Assembly: GCA_000146045.2 (NCBI GenBank)
Contig: BK006938.2
Span: forward strand, 1,440,001-1,504,000
Source: TPA_inf: Saccharomyces
Taxonomy: Eukaryota
Length of the DNA: 64,000 nt
Reading direction: 5' to 3'
The first letter of the stretch is position 1. Every line of letters begins with the position of its first letter. A program made the translations under genes and the position numbers. The notes under the pieces were generated by a model, which had not been told where the DNA came from, searched no databases, and saw only the letters and a program-made list of their open reading frames with translations. Positions 1 through 11,120 of the stretch are shown here, piece by piece.

Positions 1-1150
1 GGAAAGCAGACTCAGCGATTATGTAGGGAAACTCAACAATTACATTTCTTGGATAATTTTTTAGCACTATAGTTCCTTTTATTATGTCGCCATGATGATT
101 TACCACTAAGGCCATCGCCCCACTATCGTATGATCCTCCTCCAGAACAAACTAAAAATTCACTCTGTTCATTGAAACTGGTTATTATAGGTTCTAAGTCT
201 TCGTCAGTCTCACTTATTCGAAATAATGGAATTACCTGTGACGACTTTAGATTTATAAGTTCGTAACTATTTAACTTCGAAACCATTAATGTTTCTTCGT
301 GCGCACAAGCTTTATCTATTAGTTTGAAATTAAAAGCTTTGGTAAGTACTAATGAATCTGCAGATATTTTGAGTAGTCTTACGCCTTCTGCGTGAAATGC
401 ATATATTCTATAAGCCTTCGAGCTTCGGGAAAAATTACAAATAACGACATCACTAATACCTTTAAGTCTAGTTGTGTTGGGCCTTGGTGCAAATTCTGGG
501 AGAATAAATAAAACTAGTTCGTTATCACATAATATTAGTGCGCCTTCTACTTTAGGTAAAAGAAGGATTTTGTCTATCTTCGAATTTGATTCTGCATCAA
601 ACTTTGTTTGCGACACAAGCATATAGTTTCCACGTTCAAGTTCAAAGTAATGTAAAAGATCACCTGTAGTTGTTCCCAAGAATATGTGGTTCTCATACGC
701 CTCACAACATGTGTATATCAAGTCAGATGGTACATTGTCTAATAGGGTAGAGATTGTAAAAGGACCTTCGCTTATTTTCAGTGGCAACCCTTTTTCCTGT
801 TCATCATTCGTGGAGGTTTTTTCATTTAAGCTTGTAATATCTGTATTTATGACATTATCTTCTGCGCTGCTAGGCTGACAGCTTTCTTGTGCTGTGTTTT
901 TATCAGTATGTGGACTGTCTTCGATTGGTCGACTCTCTTCCTGGGAAAATTTATCAGCTCGTACTGTTTCATTTGGGTTAGCATTATGTGTATTCGTCTC
1001 TTCACTTTCTGTTGCACGTAGACTATCATCTTCTGTTTTTTTTTTGTCATTTTCTCTTTCGTGAGGTGAGGATTCGCTATCTATATCGAGCTTTCCTTCA
1101 TTTTCCTTTACTTCTTTTCCTTTGTCATTATTCGTTTTCTTTTTTACCAT
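1..1150 (-). CDS. VPS3: N-terminal ~383 codons of a large vacuolar-sorting protein (VPS3-like, YDR495C); runs off the window start (partial)
   Basis: My own translation of the minus strand from the ATG at 1148-1150 is open all the way to position 1 (MVKKKTNNDKGKEVKENEGKLDIDSESS...). It is absent from the ORF track because there is no in-window stop. Its position directly upstream of PUF6 matches chrIV gene order. Confidence 0.55.
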   Translation of the reverse strand, partial: MVKKKTNNDKGKEVKENEGKLDIDSESSPHERENDKKKTEDDSLRATESEETNTHNANPNETVRADKFSQEESRPIEDSPHTDKNTAQESCQPSSAEDNVINTDITSLNEKTSTNDEQEKGLPLKISEGPFTISTLLDNVPSDLIYTCCEAYENHIFLGTTTGDLLHYFELERGNYMLVSQTKFDAESNSKIDKILLLPKVEGALILCDNELVLFILPEFAPRPNTTRLKGISDVVICNFSRSSKAYRIYAFHAEGVRLLKISADSLVLTKAFNFKLIDKACAHEETLMVSKLNSYELINLKSSQVIPLFRISETDEDLEPIITSFNEQSEFLVCSGGGSYDSGAMALVVNHHGDIIKGTIVLKNYPRNVIVEFPYIIAESAF

Positions 1151-1432
1151 GGTTCTATAATATTATGGTTGCAACCAAAAAAAGGTAGTCTCCTTGACTG
1201 TTATGATAGTTCTGATTCACTAATGTCGTTATAAAATAGTAAGTACATATGAATATTTCCAGTTAAACTTGCCTTTTTTTCCCATCGGAACGGTATCTTC
1301 AACAGATATTATGCGATGTAAGGAGTTTTTAGGAGACAATTATATATACCTGCACTTTCAATGAGATCAAGCTTTTTATTATTATTGTACAGATGCTTAT
1401 ATACCAAATATTGTGACTTTATCGTAGAAAAT

Positions 1433-3403
1433 TTATTTTAACAATTTAGCCAAAAGCTGAGAGCCTTTGTTACTTTCATCAGTGGTGATTTTACTCTGAA
1501 CTCCTCTCAAATCCTTCAAAAATGGTTTCCCTTCTTTTTGATCTTTTAACGTTTCATACAGTGCAACAATTGTAAATGAACTATCAGCGTTATTAATCCA
1601 TTCTAACAAGTTGGAGGAGTCAATAATTTCATCGTATAACTTTTCAGCAAATGGAACGCCTAAGCCTTGAACATTTTTTAATGGTATGACCTTTTTTTCT
1701 TTGTTATTCCATTTACCACCTTGAATTAGTGCCTTTAATAGTCTAGTAGAAAATGCTCTATGTATTGGGTGCTCTTCTTCGGTTATGTCACCCTTAAAAG
1801 TAGTTAAAATGTTGTTTAAGACCTGTTGATACTTTTCTTGGTCTTTTTCATTCAGCTGCGCGTACAACTCATCGTTTATTAGAACTTCGGCAATGAACTG
1901 ACAGCCTAGATTCTCTGTCAATATACTGGAATAATCTTTTGATATAGTGCTTAAAAACATGGGGGCGAATTTTGACAAAAGTTCGTGCCTTCTTTGTAAA
2001 GGATCCTTCTTAGAGGTGGCTTTGGACAGTTCAATGTATCTCAATAATTCATTCTTGACGATAGGTGAGAAATACTTACCGTCCAAACCTAATAGTATGT
2101 ATAACCAAGGCCTTCTACCAAACTTATCAATTATGAATTCTTGCAAATGTTCCTTAACAGTAGGACTGAAAGTCTTGAATACTAAAACTGTATCGTCAAC
2201 ACAGTTCAGAATTGTAATGAAGACAATATTACCGTACTCATTTTTGATCAATTTTTCGGCGTGGTTTTTCAAAGCCTTTAAAATTAACTTTCTTTCCTTG
2301 GCGTTAGCTCTAGCAACCAAAGTACAAGCAACGTCTGAACCTTCTGGAGTATGCACCAATTCAGCGAATTGTTCATGAAGCAATTCGATCATTTCAGATA
2401 TTTCCTTTTCGTTGGCTATTTTCACATATTCTCTCATAGCAGCATGTAGAATTTGAAAGCCGGTGGAACCCTTTTCTACTGATGCGGTAATGGTACCAAT
2501 CAAGTTTCTGGCGATAATATTCCTTTTTTCAATGCTACTTTCACAAACTTTCTCAATGGTCAAATCTTTGTGGGTTTCTCTAAATACAGCATATTCAGAG
2601 CCCCAAAACTCTTTAATCATTTGTTGTCTTTGTTCATGTGTGGCATAAAGAACAAATAAATCTTCAACAACGTAGGCACCCTCACGATGTCTCATTAATT
2701 TTCTCAAAGAACCGTGTAATTCATTTATTATAGTTTGCCTTGAACTTCTTGAACCATAATGCAGTAACTTAACCAATAGATACTTACCGTACGCAGATGT
2801 GGCTAGAACATAAAATTTTCCCTTTAAAGCATCGACAATTTGTTCACGACGATCTTTGGACGAATACTTGACTAAAGTTTGAACAATACGGGAAGCATCA
2901 TGCTTTAAGACAAGATCACTGATACAGTCCTTAGATAGCTCCCAGATTTCGTTGGAAAGTTTTTCACGAATCTGTTTTGGTAAAGGTGGGGTCTTCACAC
3001 GCAATCTTTCCCAGACGGATTTAATTTGTTGCACTTGGGTACCAGATTTTCTTTGCATTTTCCTTTCTTTTAGCAGTTTTCTTTGTTCAGTGTGATTTCC
3101 ATTTTCACCTCCTTCAGATTTGTCCTTTCCTTCTTTCTCTTCATTCTCATTTTCATGTTCCTCACTGTCATCGGAAATATCTAATTCGTCAGCTTCTTCT
3201 TCTGCTTCAGAGTCACTGGTACTTAAATCATCCAAATCATCATCATCTGATGAAGAGGATACAGCATCTTCCTTTTTGGATAGTTCTGATTCTTCATCAG
3301 ACGAATCAATAGAAATTCTAGGTTTTTTGGCTAATTTCTTTTCTGAATGACTAACTTCTTTAGCAGAACGTTTTCCGTTTGTCTTCTTGGTTAAAGGTGC
3401 CAT
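1433..3403 (-). CDS. PUF6: Pumilio-family RNA-binding protein Puf6 (656 aa)
   Basis: Track ORF of 656 aa. It has an acidic/Ser-rich N-terminus followed by PUF repeats. The ATG at 3401-3403 was checked. Confidence 0.9.
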   Translation of the reverse strand: MAPLTKKTNGKRSAKEVSHSEKKLAKKPRISIDSSDEESELSKKEDAVSSSSDDDDLDDLSTSDSEAEEEADELDISDDSEEHENENEEKEGKDKSEGGENGNHTEQRKLLKERKMQRKSGTQVQQIKSVWERLRVKTPPLPKQIREKLSNEIWELSKDCISDLVLKHDASRIVQTLVKYSSKDRREQIVDALKGKFYVLATSAYGKYLLVKLLHYGSRSSRQTIINELHGSLRKLMRHREGAYVVEDLFVLYATHEQRQQMIKEFWGSEYAVFRETHKDLTIEKVCESSIEKRNIIARNLIGTITASVEKGSTGFQILHAAMREYVKIANEKEISEMIELLHEQFAELVHTPEGSDVACTLVARANAKERKLILKALKNHAEKLIKNEYGNIVFITILNCVDDTVLVFKTFSPTVKEHLQEFIIDKFGRRPWLYILLGLDGKYFSPIVKNELLRYIELSKATSKKDPLQRRHELLSKFAPMFLSTISKDYSSILTENLGCQFIAEVLINDELYAQLNEKDQEKYQQVLNNILTTFKGDITEEEHPIHRAFSTRLLKALIQGGKWNNKEKKVIPLKNVQGLGVPFAEKLYDEIIDSSNLLEWINNADSSFTIVALYETLKDQKEGKPFLKDLRGVQSKITTDESNKGSQLLAKLLK

Positions 3404-3712
3404 TGTCAGTTAATTTGTTATTCCTGATTGTGCTTTATTTCAGTACTCTATAATAAAACGCTTTCACCTTCGAAATACTTTAGGTAGGCATCTCATCTCA
3501 TCCCAGCAAAAAAAATTTTCAGTATTTCTCTCAAGGTGAAAAAAAAAAAAGGTCTTCAATGCCGGGTTAGTTAATCTTCTATATATGCATACAACAATTA
3601 GTTCGACTTAAATACAATGAACTTTTTTCTATCTTGTAATTTATTTTTATTTATTTTCTACTATGTATTTGAATATTCAATTGCGTCTCCTTCCTTTTAC
3701 CTCGTGAAAGGA

Positions 3713-5467
3713 CTATATATCCTCTATAATCTCTTGAGTTGGTTCATATTTCAATTCATGAACTCTGGCAACTTGCTGTTTTCTCTTCTTGGCCAAAGCT
3801 TTCGAGGCTTTGATGTTGAACCCGTCCTTCAAAATAGTTTGTACCTCTTCTAACTCCAATCCCGATAATTCTGGATAACAGAAGTAGCAGAAAATGGTTG
3901 ATAAGCACGACAATCCCGCGAAAAAGGCAAATGTACCTGCAGGAGTGATATTCTGTAACATGGTCAAAAATGTGGATGCAATAACCAGTGAACCAGCCCA
4001 GTTTGTAGCAGTTGCATATGAAGTCCCAATACCTCTCACGTTTTGGGGGAATAGTTCCGATTGTTGCCATGGAACAGTACCGATACCAAGAGCGTAGAAC
4101 GCAGCAAATACGATAATAAATACGATGATCACAATACCCCAAGAGGAGAAACCGGAGGAAACCACCACAGCGACAGCGCCATCAAACTTAATACCTAGAA
4201 AATGGAAAGCAATAGAGCACACGACTAAAGCCATGGTCATGCCTGGTAATCCAATCAATAATATGGTTCTACGGCCTATTTTGTCAATGGAAAAAAAGGC
4301 AACTAAAGTGAAAATAAAATTGGTACCGGACACGATGATTGAAACAGCGGAAGAATTTTTGAAACCGACAGTTTCGAAGATGGTACCAGAGAAATACATC
4401 AACGAATTCCAACCGGTAAACTGTTGAATTGCTTGTAAACCACAACCAATGATCAAAGCCCTTAGATTAGATGGTACTGTGTGCAATTCTTTGATGGTAT
4501 TCCAGACTTTTTCAGGGACATTCTTACCAGGAATAGATTGATTCAAAGTAACAAGTTCTTCCACCTTACGTTCAATGATTTCCTCCGAAGTGTCAGTGTA
4601 ACTTCTCTTCAACACCTCAGTAGCCCTTGCCAAGTCGCCCTTCATAACGTAGTATCTTGGAGTGTCAGGTAAAAAGCACAGGCATGTGAATTGCACAGCA
4701 GTGGGAATTAGTGACAATCCAACAAGAATTCTCCAACCATTGTTGACGTAGTTTAACCCAGCACCGCAACCGTAAGCGACTAATTGACCACCAGTCAACC
4801 ATAAGGAATTGATGACAGTTAGTCTCCCTCTGATCATTTTGGGAGCAATTTCACTGATGAAAAGTGGCGCGATCAAGGAGCCGATACCGACACCGAAACC
4901 CATGATCAGTCTACCAACAGCCATTTGCCAGAATGTGTGTGCGGAGACCTGTAAGATTGCGCCAATGACAAACATCAGATTCGAACCCATTAAACAACGT
5001 TTCCTACCAAATATGTCAGCTGCAGTACCGGCGAAAATACTGGTAATCAAAGCTCCCAGAGAGGTAGCCGCAGTGACAATTTCCTTCTCCCCATAAGTAA
5101 GTACCTTGTGGTCCAGATCTGTGCCGATCGAGATCAGCGCACTGGATATATAACCAGTGTCGTAACCAAACATGAAACCGGATATGGATGCGACAAAAGT
5201 CAGAGTGATGATGAAGGGCGAAAGAGATTGGTTAAAAGTGATCATGACCGACGTGTCATCCTCGTCGTTCACGGGTTTAATTTGAATCCTATCTTCATCA
5301 TCGCTAGCGGGAGCCCTCTGTATTTCATGTGACTCAAGTGTAATTTTACCTCTCTTTGAAGGTGAGTCATGCTCACTGTTGAACTCTACACTATCAGCGT
5401 TGCCAACGGCATCACCAACATTTGATTGCGATGTCTTTGACGTGAGATATGGTATGTGTATTCCCAT
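3713..5467 (-). CDS. ITR1: myo-inositol transporter (MFS), 584 aa
   Basis: The track ORF is 633 aa, but its first 49 codons precede the first ATG ([14 protein letters not shown]...). MFS sugar-porter motifs are present (GRKR). Trimmed to the ATG at 5465-5467. Confidence 0.9.
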   Translation of the reverse strand: MGIHIPYLTSKTSQSNVGDAVGNADSVEFNSEHDSPSKRGKITLESHEIQRAPASDDEDRIQIKPVNDEDDTSVMITFNQSLSPFIITLTFVASISGFMFGYDTGYISSALISIGTDLDHKVLTYGEKEIVTAATSLGALITSIFAGTAADIFGRKRCLMGSNLMFVIGAILQVSAHTFWQMAVGRLIMGFGVGIGSLIAPLFISEIAPKMIRGRLTVINSLWLTGGQLVAYGCGAGLNYVNNGWRILVGLSLIPTAVQFTCLCFLPDTPRYYVMKGDLARATEVLKRSYTDTSEEIIERKVEELVTLNQSIPGKNVPEKVWNTIKELHTVPSNLRALIIGCGLQAIQQFTGWNSLMYFSGTIFETVGFKNSSAVSIIVSGTNFIFTLVAFFSIDKIGRRTILLIGLPGMTMALVVCSIAFHFLGIKFDGAVAVVVSSGFSSWGIVIIVFIIVFAAFYALGIGTVPWQQSELFPQNVRGIGTSYATATNWAGSLVIASTFLTMLQNITPAGTFAFFAGLSCLSTIFCYFCYPELSGLELEEVQTILKDGFNIKASKALAKKRKQQVARVHELKYEPTQEIIEDI

Positions 5468-5678
5468 TTTAACACCCACTGCAGAAACAAAGAAAATGAA
5501 AGAGATGTATACAGTAGGACGACCAATAAATCTGAATAGCGCACCAAACTGAAAGAGAAGAATAGAGCAAACACCTGCCAAAGAAAAGCCCAAGTGTGAA
5601 AGGTCTTTTCTCAACTATGGCTTGATTCCTTTTATATTTTTTCCATTTTGCAACAGCGCGTTGAGCTTGGTCGAGCTT

Positions 5679-5689
5679 TTTTCACATGC
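5679..5689. promoter_or_regulatory. UASINO/ICRE (Ino2-Ino4 site) upstream of ITR1
   Basis: ttttcacatgc is the reverse complement of GCATGTGAAAA. It lies ~215 bp upstream of the ITR1 ATG. Confidence 0.55.
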
Positions 5690-5745
5690 GGTGGGGAAGG
5701 CGTATTTAGCGCAACCAGTGGGGGGTATAAGCTATACCTAACGCA

Positions 5746-5754
5746 TGTGAAGAG
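5746..5754. promoter_or_regulatory. second UASINO-like element (CATGTGAAG) upstream of ITR1
   Basis: gcatgtgaag, ~280 bp upstream of the ITR1 ATG. Confidence 0.45.
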
Positions 5755-5842
5755 AACAGAAACAATGGTGAGAGAAAATAAATGGAGAGGATGGAGAGAA
5801 CTAAGTATATGCGCTTATTATGTTATATAGATGTTAAAATTA

Positions 5843-6994
5843 TCATAGCTCATCATGTGAGACGATCCTGTCCACGGCCTCATCGACAGCCCGCTGGATA
5901 CTACTGACGGCTGATACAGATGCGAATGGTTCCACAGAGGTTGCTGAGGATGTAGTTGTAGTGGCTAGAATGGGTGCATTTAGCACAAGACTGGGTGCTT
6001 GAAGAGAGGACGAGGAGCCTGCATAGCTTTTAACTAGACCTAGGGTGACGAGTATACCCTTGAAAAACTTGAATAGCAGCCAGAGGCCGAGTTTAACAGG
6101 TAACTTGAAAATACGACGCCATAGAACCCACGAGACGCAGCATAGGAGGAACCCAAGTGATAAATAGACATCTCGTTTCTCTTGATGGGAGGCATTTTCC
6201 AGTACTTTGACCAAATCGGCAGTTTTCTTGAAGACGGTTTCGAATTGAGTGTACTTGTCATCGATTTGTGTTAAGGAATTGGTTTGGGCTCTCAATTCAT
6301 CCAAATTCAGGTCACTTTGTAAAATTCCGGACTGCAAAATTTGATTTCCTCTCACCAAGTTATTCGTCAGTTGTTTTGTTTTGCTCAAAAGCTTCTCTCT
6401 AGTGCTGGCTTTTTCCATCGATGTGGACGTTAAGCTTGACGATGACGACGTTCCTTGGTGAAGCTTGTCGTAATCCACAGCGTGAAATTTTATAGCGCGG
6501 TCTCTTTTCTCGTCGTTCCAAGCTAAGTCACGTTTGTGGTGTTGTCGTAGAATCTCTTTGACTTTCAGGCGGTAGCAATAGAACCAATCGACGAATTGCA
6601 ACACGAAATCCAGTTCTTCGACCAACTGAGCATATATGTCCTCGTTCATTTGTTTATCAAGCTTCACAATATGCAACTTATCGCATTGATCGTATCTAGG
6701 GCTTTTTTCCCACTGTAATTTTAATTCGGGGTATTTGTAGGTCATTTCCACAATACTACATTTCAGTACCGATTCGAAATCTGAAACTTTGCTCTCTATA
6801 ATATTCACCAAATCCTCAAATTCAATCTCTTCTTCTTCATCATTGTGTTCGTTGGCAATGGCTGCAAAACTGTCCTTATTATCATGCTTGCTTTCTCCGC
6901 TTTCTTTTCTGCGGGAGATTGCACTTAATTTTTGCAAATTATTTAATAATGCATCTTGCAAAACTTCCAGGTCCTGCAAAAATGTCACGACCAT
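5843..6994 (-). CDS. SEC20: ER v-SNARE-like tail-anchored protein Sec20 (383 aa)
   Basis: 383 aa with a C-terminal HDEL and a single TM segment. ATG at 6992-6994. Confidence 0.9.
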   Translation of the reverse strand: MVVTFLQDLEVLQDALLNNLQKLSAISRRKESGESKHDNKDSFAAIANEHNDEEEEIEFEDLVNIIESKVSDFESVLKCSIVEMTYKYPELKLQWEKSPRYDQCDKLHIVKLDKQMNEDIYAQLVEELDFVLQFVDWFYCYRLKVKEILRQHHKRDLAWNDEKRDRAIKFHAVDYDKLHQGTSSSSSLTSTSMEKASTREKLLSKTKQLTNNLVRGNQILQSGILQSDLNLDELRAQTNSLTQIDDKYTQFETVFKKTADLVKVLENASHQEKRDVYLSLGFLLCCVSWVLWRRIFKLPVKLGLWLLFKFFKGILVTLGLVKSYAGSSSSLQAPSLVLNAPILATTTTSSATSVEPFASVSAVSSIQRAVDEAVDRIVSHDEL

Positions 6995-7485
6995 AATCTT
7001 TAATGGCTTTATAGTTTGTTATGCGCCTTGGCAGCGTGATCCGATCTTACTTGTTAACTGTATATCAGGTATTTCTGTTGGCATTTTTACAACTGCGAAT
7101 GTATTTTTCATTATTTAGTAACAATTCTATTTACCCGGACAGCGTGTGCAGGTGATTTATTGATAAAGTCACTGGTAAAGACGTGCTTTCTTTAGTGTGG
7201 GATTAGATTTACCACTTGTTTTGAGATTAGGAAAATTCCAACGTTTGCTAAAGGTGCAAACGAAGCTGTTTTGTTGCTTTTCTTTTCTTTATGTAATTGT
7301 ATTTACCATGATCCTCTTTGGTGCGGCGCTAACAATAGAAAAAAATACACACACATTAGATTGGAATTAGAGCTTAAGTGGTACAAACTAGGGCTAATAA
7401 AGAGGTAACGGTCGGTTCTCTACTAAGGTTCGTATTGTGTGGCACCGATGTTAAGCACTTTTAAGCGGAATAACTCGAGTGGAAA

Positions 7486-7496
7486 TTTTATGTTTA
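7486..7496 (+). promoter_or_regulatory. 11/11 match to the ARS consensus sequence (WTTTAYRTTTW) in the SEC20-LCD1 intergenic region
   Basis: ttttatgttta. The flanks are AT-rich. Confidence 0.25.
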
Positions 7497-7829
7497 GTTA
7501 GGTTTTACCTTGAATTTTTTTAAAAAAAAAAGAGTCAGACAGGCTCGCTCTTTCCTACTAAATATTAGGAGCAAAGCAGTAAAAAGTCTCTGAATAAGGA
7601 TAGTAACCTGTAGTAACTCCAAAATTTATCTTACAAAGAGCTATTAGTATCTTGGTTCTTCTATTTTCTTCGATTATTGGTGATTTTTCCCGCCTCTAGC
7701 CAAATCCGAGCGTTCCATCGATTTTTTGGGGAAAACAGCACATGCAATAAAATAAAAAGCAAACAAATACGCGATAGTGCACGAAACGTCAACACAATCA
7801 TCAAACTCTTTTGCATATTTCTATTATAG

Positions 7830-10073
7830 ATGAGACGAGAAACGGTGGGTGAATTTTCTTCAGATGACGATGATGATATTCTTTTGGAATTAGGCACCAG
7901 GCCTCCAAGGTTTACTCAAATACCGCCATCATCAGCAGCATTACAAACACAAATTCCCACTACTTTGGAGGTTACAACGACCACATTAAACAATAAACAG
8001 AGTAAAAATGATAACCAACTGGTTAACCAACTGAATAAAGCTCAAGGTGAAGCAAGCATGCTTCGTGATAAAATAAACTTTTTGAACATTGAAAGGGAAA
8101 AGGAAAAGAATATTCAAGCCGTCAAAGTTAATGAATTGCAAGTCAAGCATCTTCAAGAGTTGGCTAAATTAAAACAAGAATTACAGAAACTGGAAGATGA
8201 GAAGAAGTTCTTACAGATGGAAGCGAGAGGAAAATCGAAAAGGGAAGTTATTACGAATGTAAAACCACCGTCAACAACATTATCAACAAACACAAACACT
8301 ATAACGCCAGATTCGTCCTCAGTTGCAATCGAAGCAAAACCTCAATCACCACAATCAAAAAAACGTAAGATAAGTGATAATTTACTGAAAAAAAATATGG
8401 TTCCCCTAAACCCAAATAGGATTATTCCCGATGAAACGAGTTTATTTCTAGAGTCAATATTACTTCATCAAATAATAGGCGCTGACCTGAGCACAATAGA
8501 AATATTAAATAGATTGAAGCTTGACTACATCACAGAGTTTAAATTTAAGAATTTCGTCATTGCTAAAGGAGCCCCCATAGGGAAGTCCATAGTTTCTCTA
8601 CTTTTGCGATGTAAAAAGACGTTGACCCTCGACAGGTTCATAGATACTTTGCTAGAGGATATAGCTGTTTTGATCAAGGAAATATCAGTTCATCCAAATG
8701 AATCGAAATTAGCTGTCCCATTTCTCGTTGCATTGATGTATCAGATTGTACAATTTCGTCCTAGTGCCACTCATAATTTAGCACTGAAGGATTGTTTTCT
8801 TTTTATTTGCGATTTAATAAGAATCTATCATCATGTATTGAAAGTACCGATACATGAATCAAATATGAATTTGCATGTAGAACCTCAGATTTTCCAATAT
8901 GAACTGATAGACTATTTGATAATTTCGTATTCCTTTGATCTCCTAGAAGGTATATTAAGGGTACTGCAGTCGCATCCTAAGCAAACTTATATGGAATTTT
9001 TTGATGAAAATATTCTAAAATCATTTGAATTTGTCTACAAACTAGCACTAACCATTTCATACAAGCCAATGGTAAATGTAATATTTAGTGCAGTCGAGGT
9101 CGTTAATATTATCACTAGTATAATATTAAATATGGACAATTCCTCAGATCTGAAATCCTTGATAAGCGGTAGTTGGTGGAGAGATTGTATTACAAGATTA
9201 TACGCTCTTTTGGAAAAGGAAATTAAGAGTGGCGACGTATATAATGAAAATGTGGATACTACAACTCTTCATATGTCGAAGTACCATGACTTTTTTGGGT
9301 TAATCCGAAATATAGGTGATAATGAATTGGGAGGATTGATATCAAAGCTGATTTATACTGACCGATTGCAAAGTGTCCCAAGGGTAATTTCTAAAGAGGA
9401 TATTGGGATGGATAGCGACAAATTCACTGCCCCTATAATAGGTTACAAGATGGAAAAATGGCTTTTGAAGTTAAAAGATGAAGTTTTAAATATTTTTGAA
9501 AATTTATTAATGATCTATGGAGACGATGCGACCATAGTAAATGGAGAAATGCTCATCCACTCCTCTAAATTCTTATCCAGGGAGCAAGCGTTAATGATAG
9601 AAAGGTACGTGGGACAAGACTCCCCGAACTTGGACCTCAGATGCCATCTTATTGAACATACTTTAACCATAATATATAGGCTATGGAAAGACCATTTCAA
9701 ACAATTGCGTGAAGAACAAATCAAGCAGGTAGAAAGCCAATTGATTATGTCACTATGGAGGTTTCTCGTATGCCAAACCGAAACTGTGACAGCAAACGAA
9801 AGAGAAATGAGAGATCATCGACACCTTGTAGATAGTTTGCATGATCTGACGATAAAGGATCAAGCCTCTTATTACGAAGATGCCTTTGAGGATTTACCAG
9901 AATATATCGAAGAAGAATTGAAGATGCAATTGAATAAAAGAACGGGGAGAATAATGCAAGTAAAGTACGATGAGAAATTTCAAGAAATGGCAAGAACTAT
10001 TCTTGAGTCAAAATCATTCGATCTAACCACACTAGAGGAGGCCGATTCATTATATATCTCAATGGGACTGTAA
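7830..10073 (+). CDS. LCD1: Mec1/ATR-interacting checkpoint protein Lcd1/Ddc2 (747 aa)
   Basis: 747-aa ORF starting MRRETVGEFSSDDDDD with an N-terminal coiled coil. ATG at 7830. Confidence 0.85.
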   Translation: MRRETVGEFSSDDDDDILLELGTRPPRFTQIPPSSAALQTQIPTTLEVTTTTLNNKQSKNDNQLVNQLNKAQGEASMLRDKINFLNIEREKEKNIQAVKVNELQVKHLQELAKLKQELQKLEDEKKFLQMEARGKSKREVITNVKPPSTTLSTNTNTITPDSSSVAIEAKPQSPQSKKRKISDNLLKKNMVPLNPNRIIPDETSLFLESILLHQIIGADLSTIEILNRLKLDYITEFKFKNFVIAKGAPIGKSIVSLLLRCKKTLTLDRFIDTLLEDIAVLIKEISVHPNESKLAVPFLVALMYQIVQFRPSATHNLALKDCFLFICDLIRIYHHVLKVPIHESNMNLHVEPQIFQYELIDYLIISYSFDLLEGILRVLQSHPKQTYMEFFDENILKSFEFVYKLALTISYKPMVNVIFSAVEVVNIITSIILNMDNSSDLKSLISGSWWRDCITRLYALLEKEIKSGDVYNENVDTTTLHMSKYHDFFGLIRNIGDNELGGLISKLIYTDRLQSVPRVISKEDIGMDSDKFTAPIIGYKMEKWLLKLKDEVLNIFENLLMIYGDDATIVNGEMLIHSSKFLSREQALMIERYVGQDSPNLDLRCHLIEHTLTIIYRLWKDHFKQLREEQIKQVESQLIMSLWRFLVCQTETVTANEREMRDHRHLVDSLHDLTIKDQASYYEDAFEDLPEYIEEELKMQLNKRTGRIMQVKYDEKFQEMARTILESKSFDLTTLEEADSLYISMGL

Positions 10074-10197
10074 GGCAACAATCAAAAGGGGAAAATGTCA
10101 ACGCTTTATAGAAACCTTGTAATGCTTAATATTAACTATATATAATTTATATTATTTTCGTTTTAGGAAAGAACAAAACTTATAGATAATATCAAAT

Positions 10198-10853
10198 TTA
10201 AGCAGAAGTAGCCTTAGCAGAACCGGTTTGGAAACCGTTCTTAAATCTTCTGGAGACATGCTTCAAATATCTCATTCTACCGGTACCAGTAGTGTGTCTT
10301 CTCTTTGCCTTGGCAGCCCAGTTGTGAGATCTAGTCTTAGCGGATGGGTAACCACAAGAGGAACAGGTCTTCTTTTGAACATGGAAAGAACGACGACCAC
10401 ATCTGTTACACAAGGTGTGAGATTTGTTGTGACGCTTACCGAATGAAGGAGTACCCTCTGTTTAAAATGAAAACATAAAAGTTAATTATCGTTAGTAAAA
10501 CTTTGAACTAAATAAACTCTACTGCTGGATTCAGAACAACTTCATTGGCGGTCTAGATGTGTGTTGCTGTCTTACACTATTTCTTCTCACCTTTTTGTAT
10601 TGACACTCAAATCTTTTTATTCGCTCTTTATGCATCCGTTATGTGCAATTTCTTATCATCAATGGCTCTGGCAACATTCATCATTCTATATTTTTAAATC
10701 TTTTGGCATAGTGAATAACGTAGGTCTTAGTTTACCTGGCCTCTCCTGGTGGAAAATTTTTTCAGTGCTTCTTTCTCATGTAATCCTCTAAATCAGACCG
10801 GATGTGATTGAACGTTGACTCATCAATTAATAATTCCTGTACATACTACCCAT
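10198..10853 (-). CDS. RPL37B: Ribosomal protein L37 (88 aa), spliced: exon1 10847..10853 (ATGGGTA), intron 10458..10846, exon2 10198..10457
   Basis: Exon 2 translates as [37 protein letters not shown]... (C4 zinc ribbon). The 5' splice site GTATGT directly follows ATGGGTA (plus strand acatactacccat at 10841-10853). Branch point TACTAAC lies at 10491-10497 on the minus strand, and the 3' splice site CAG at 10458-10460. The track shows only exon 2, with a TTG pseudo-start. Confidence 0.85.
10458..10846 (-). other. spliceosomal intron of RPL37B (389 nt) with canonical GUAUGU...UACUAAC...CAG
   Basis: All three signals were read directly from the sequence. Confidence 0.8.
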
Positions 10854-11120
10854 CTTTACTTATATATTCGTTTACCTCTTTGTTCTTTATCTACACATAG
10901 TAGTGCTTTTTGTTACCGCTTTCTATAGTAACCTATGCTTACTATTCCAGCCATGTTTCCAATCTCATCCTTCCCGCAAGTGGCAGGAAGATTCTCAGTG
11001 ATAATATTAGTGGTGTACGGAGTGCTTGAAGAAAAAAAAAACTGATATAGAACCCAAAAATGTTCGGCTTTTAAAATACAAATATGTACAGGTGTTAATG
11101 TCTAAATAATGATAATCCAA

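Noticed and set aside
1947-2378. 143-aa plus-strand ORF antisense to PUF6. Similar antisense or overlapping ORFs occur elsewhere in the window.
   Set aside because: These ORFs lie inside well-supported genes and have no motifs. Several correspond to what databases label dubious ORFs. The other cases are 33410-33793 inside SLF1, 15049-15342 inside LPP1, 28226-28573 overlapping GNP1 (YDR509W), 43141-43476 overlapping URC2 (YDR521W), 49905-50234 (API2/YDR525W) and 51075-51614 (YDR526C, antisense to RBA50).
10561-10791. 76-aa ORF inside the RPL37B intron, and a possible intron-hosted snoRNA
   Set aside because: The ORF is on the opposite strand and hydrophobic or low-complexity. I could not recognise any C/D (RUGAUGA...CUGA) or H/ACA box arrangement in the intron by eye.
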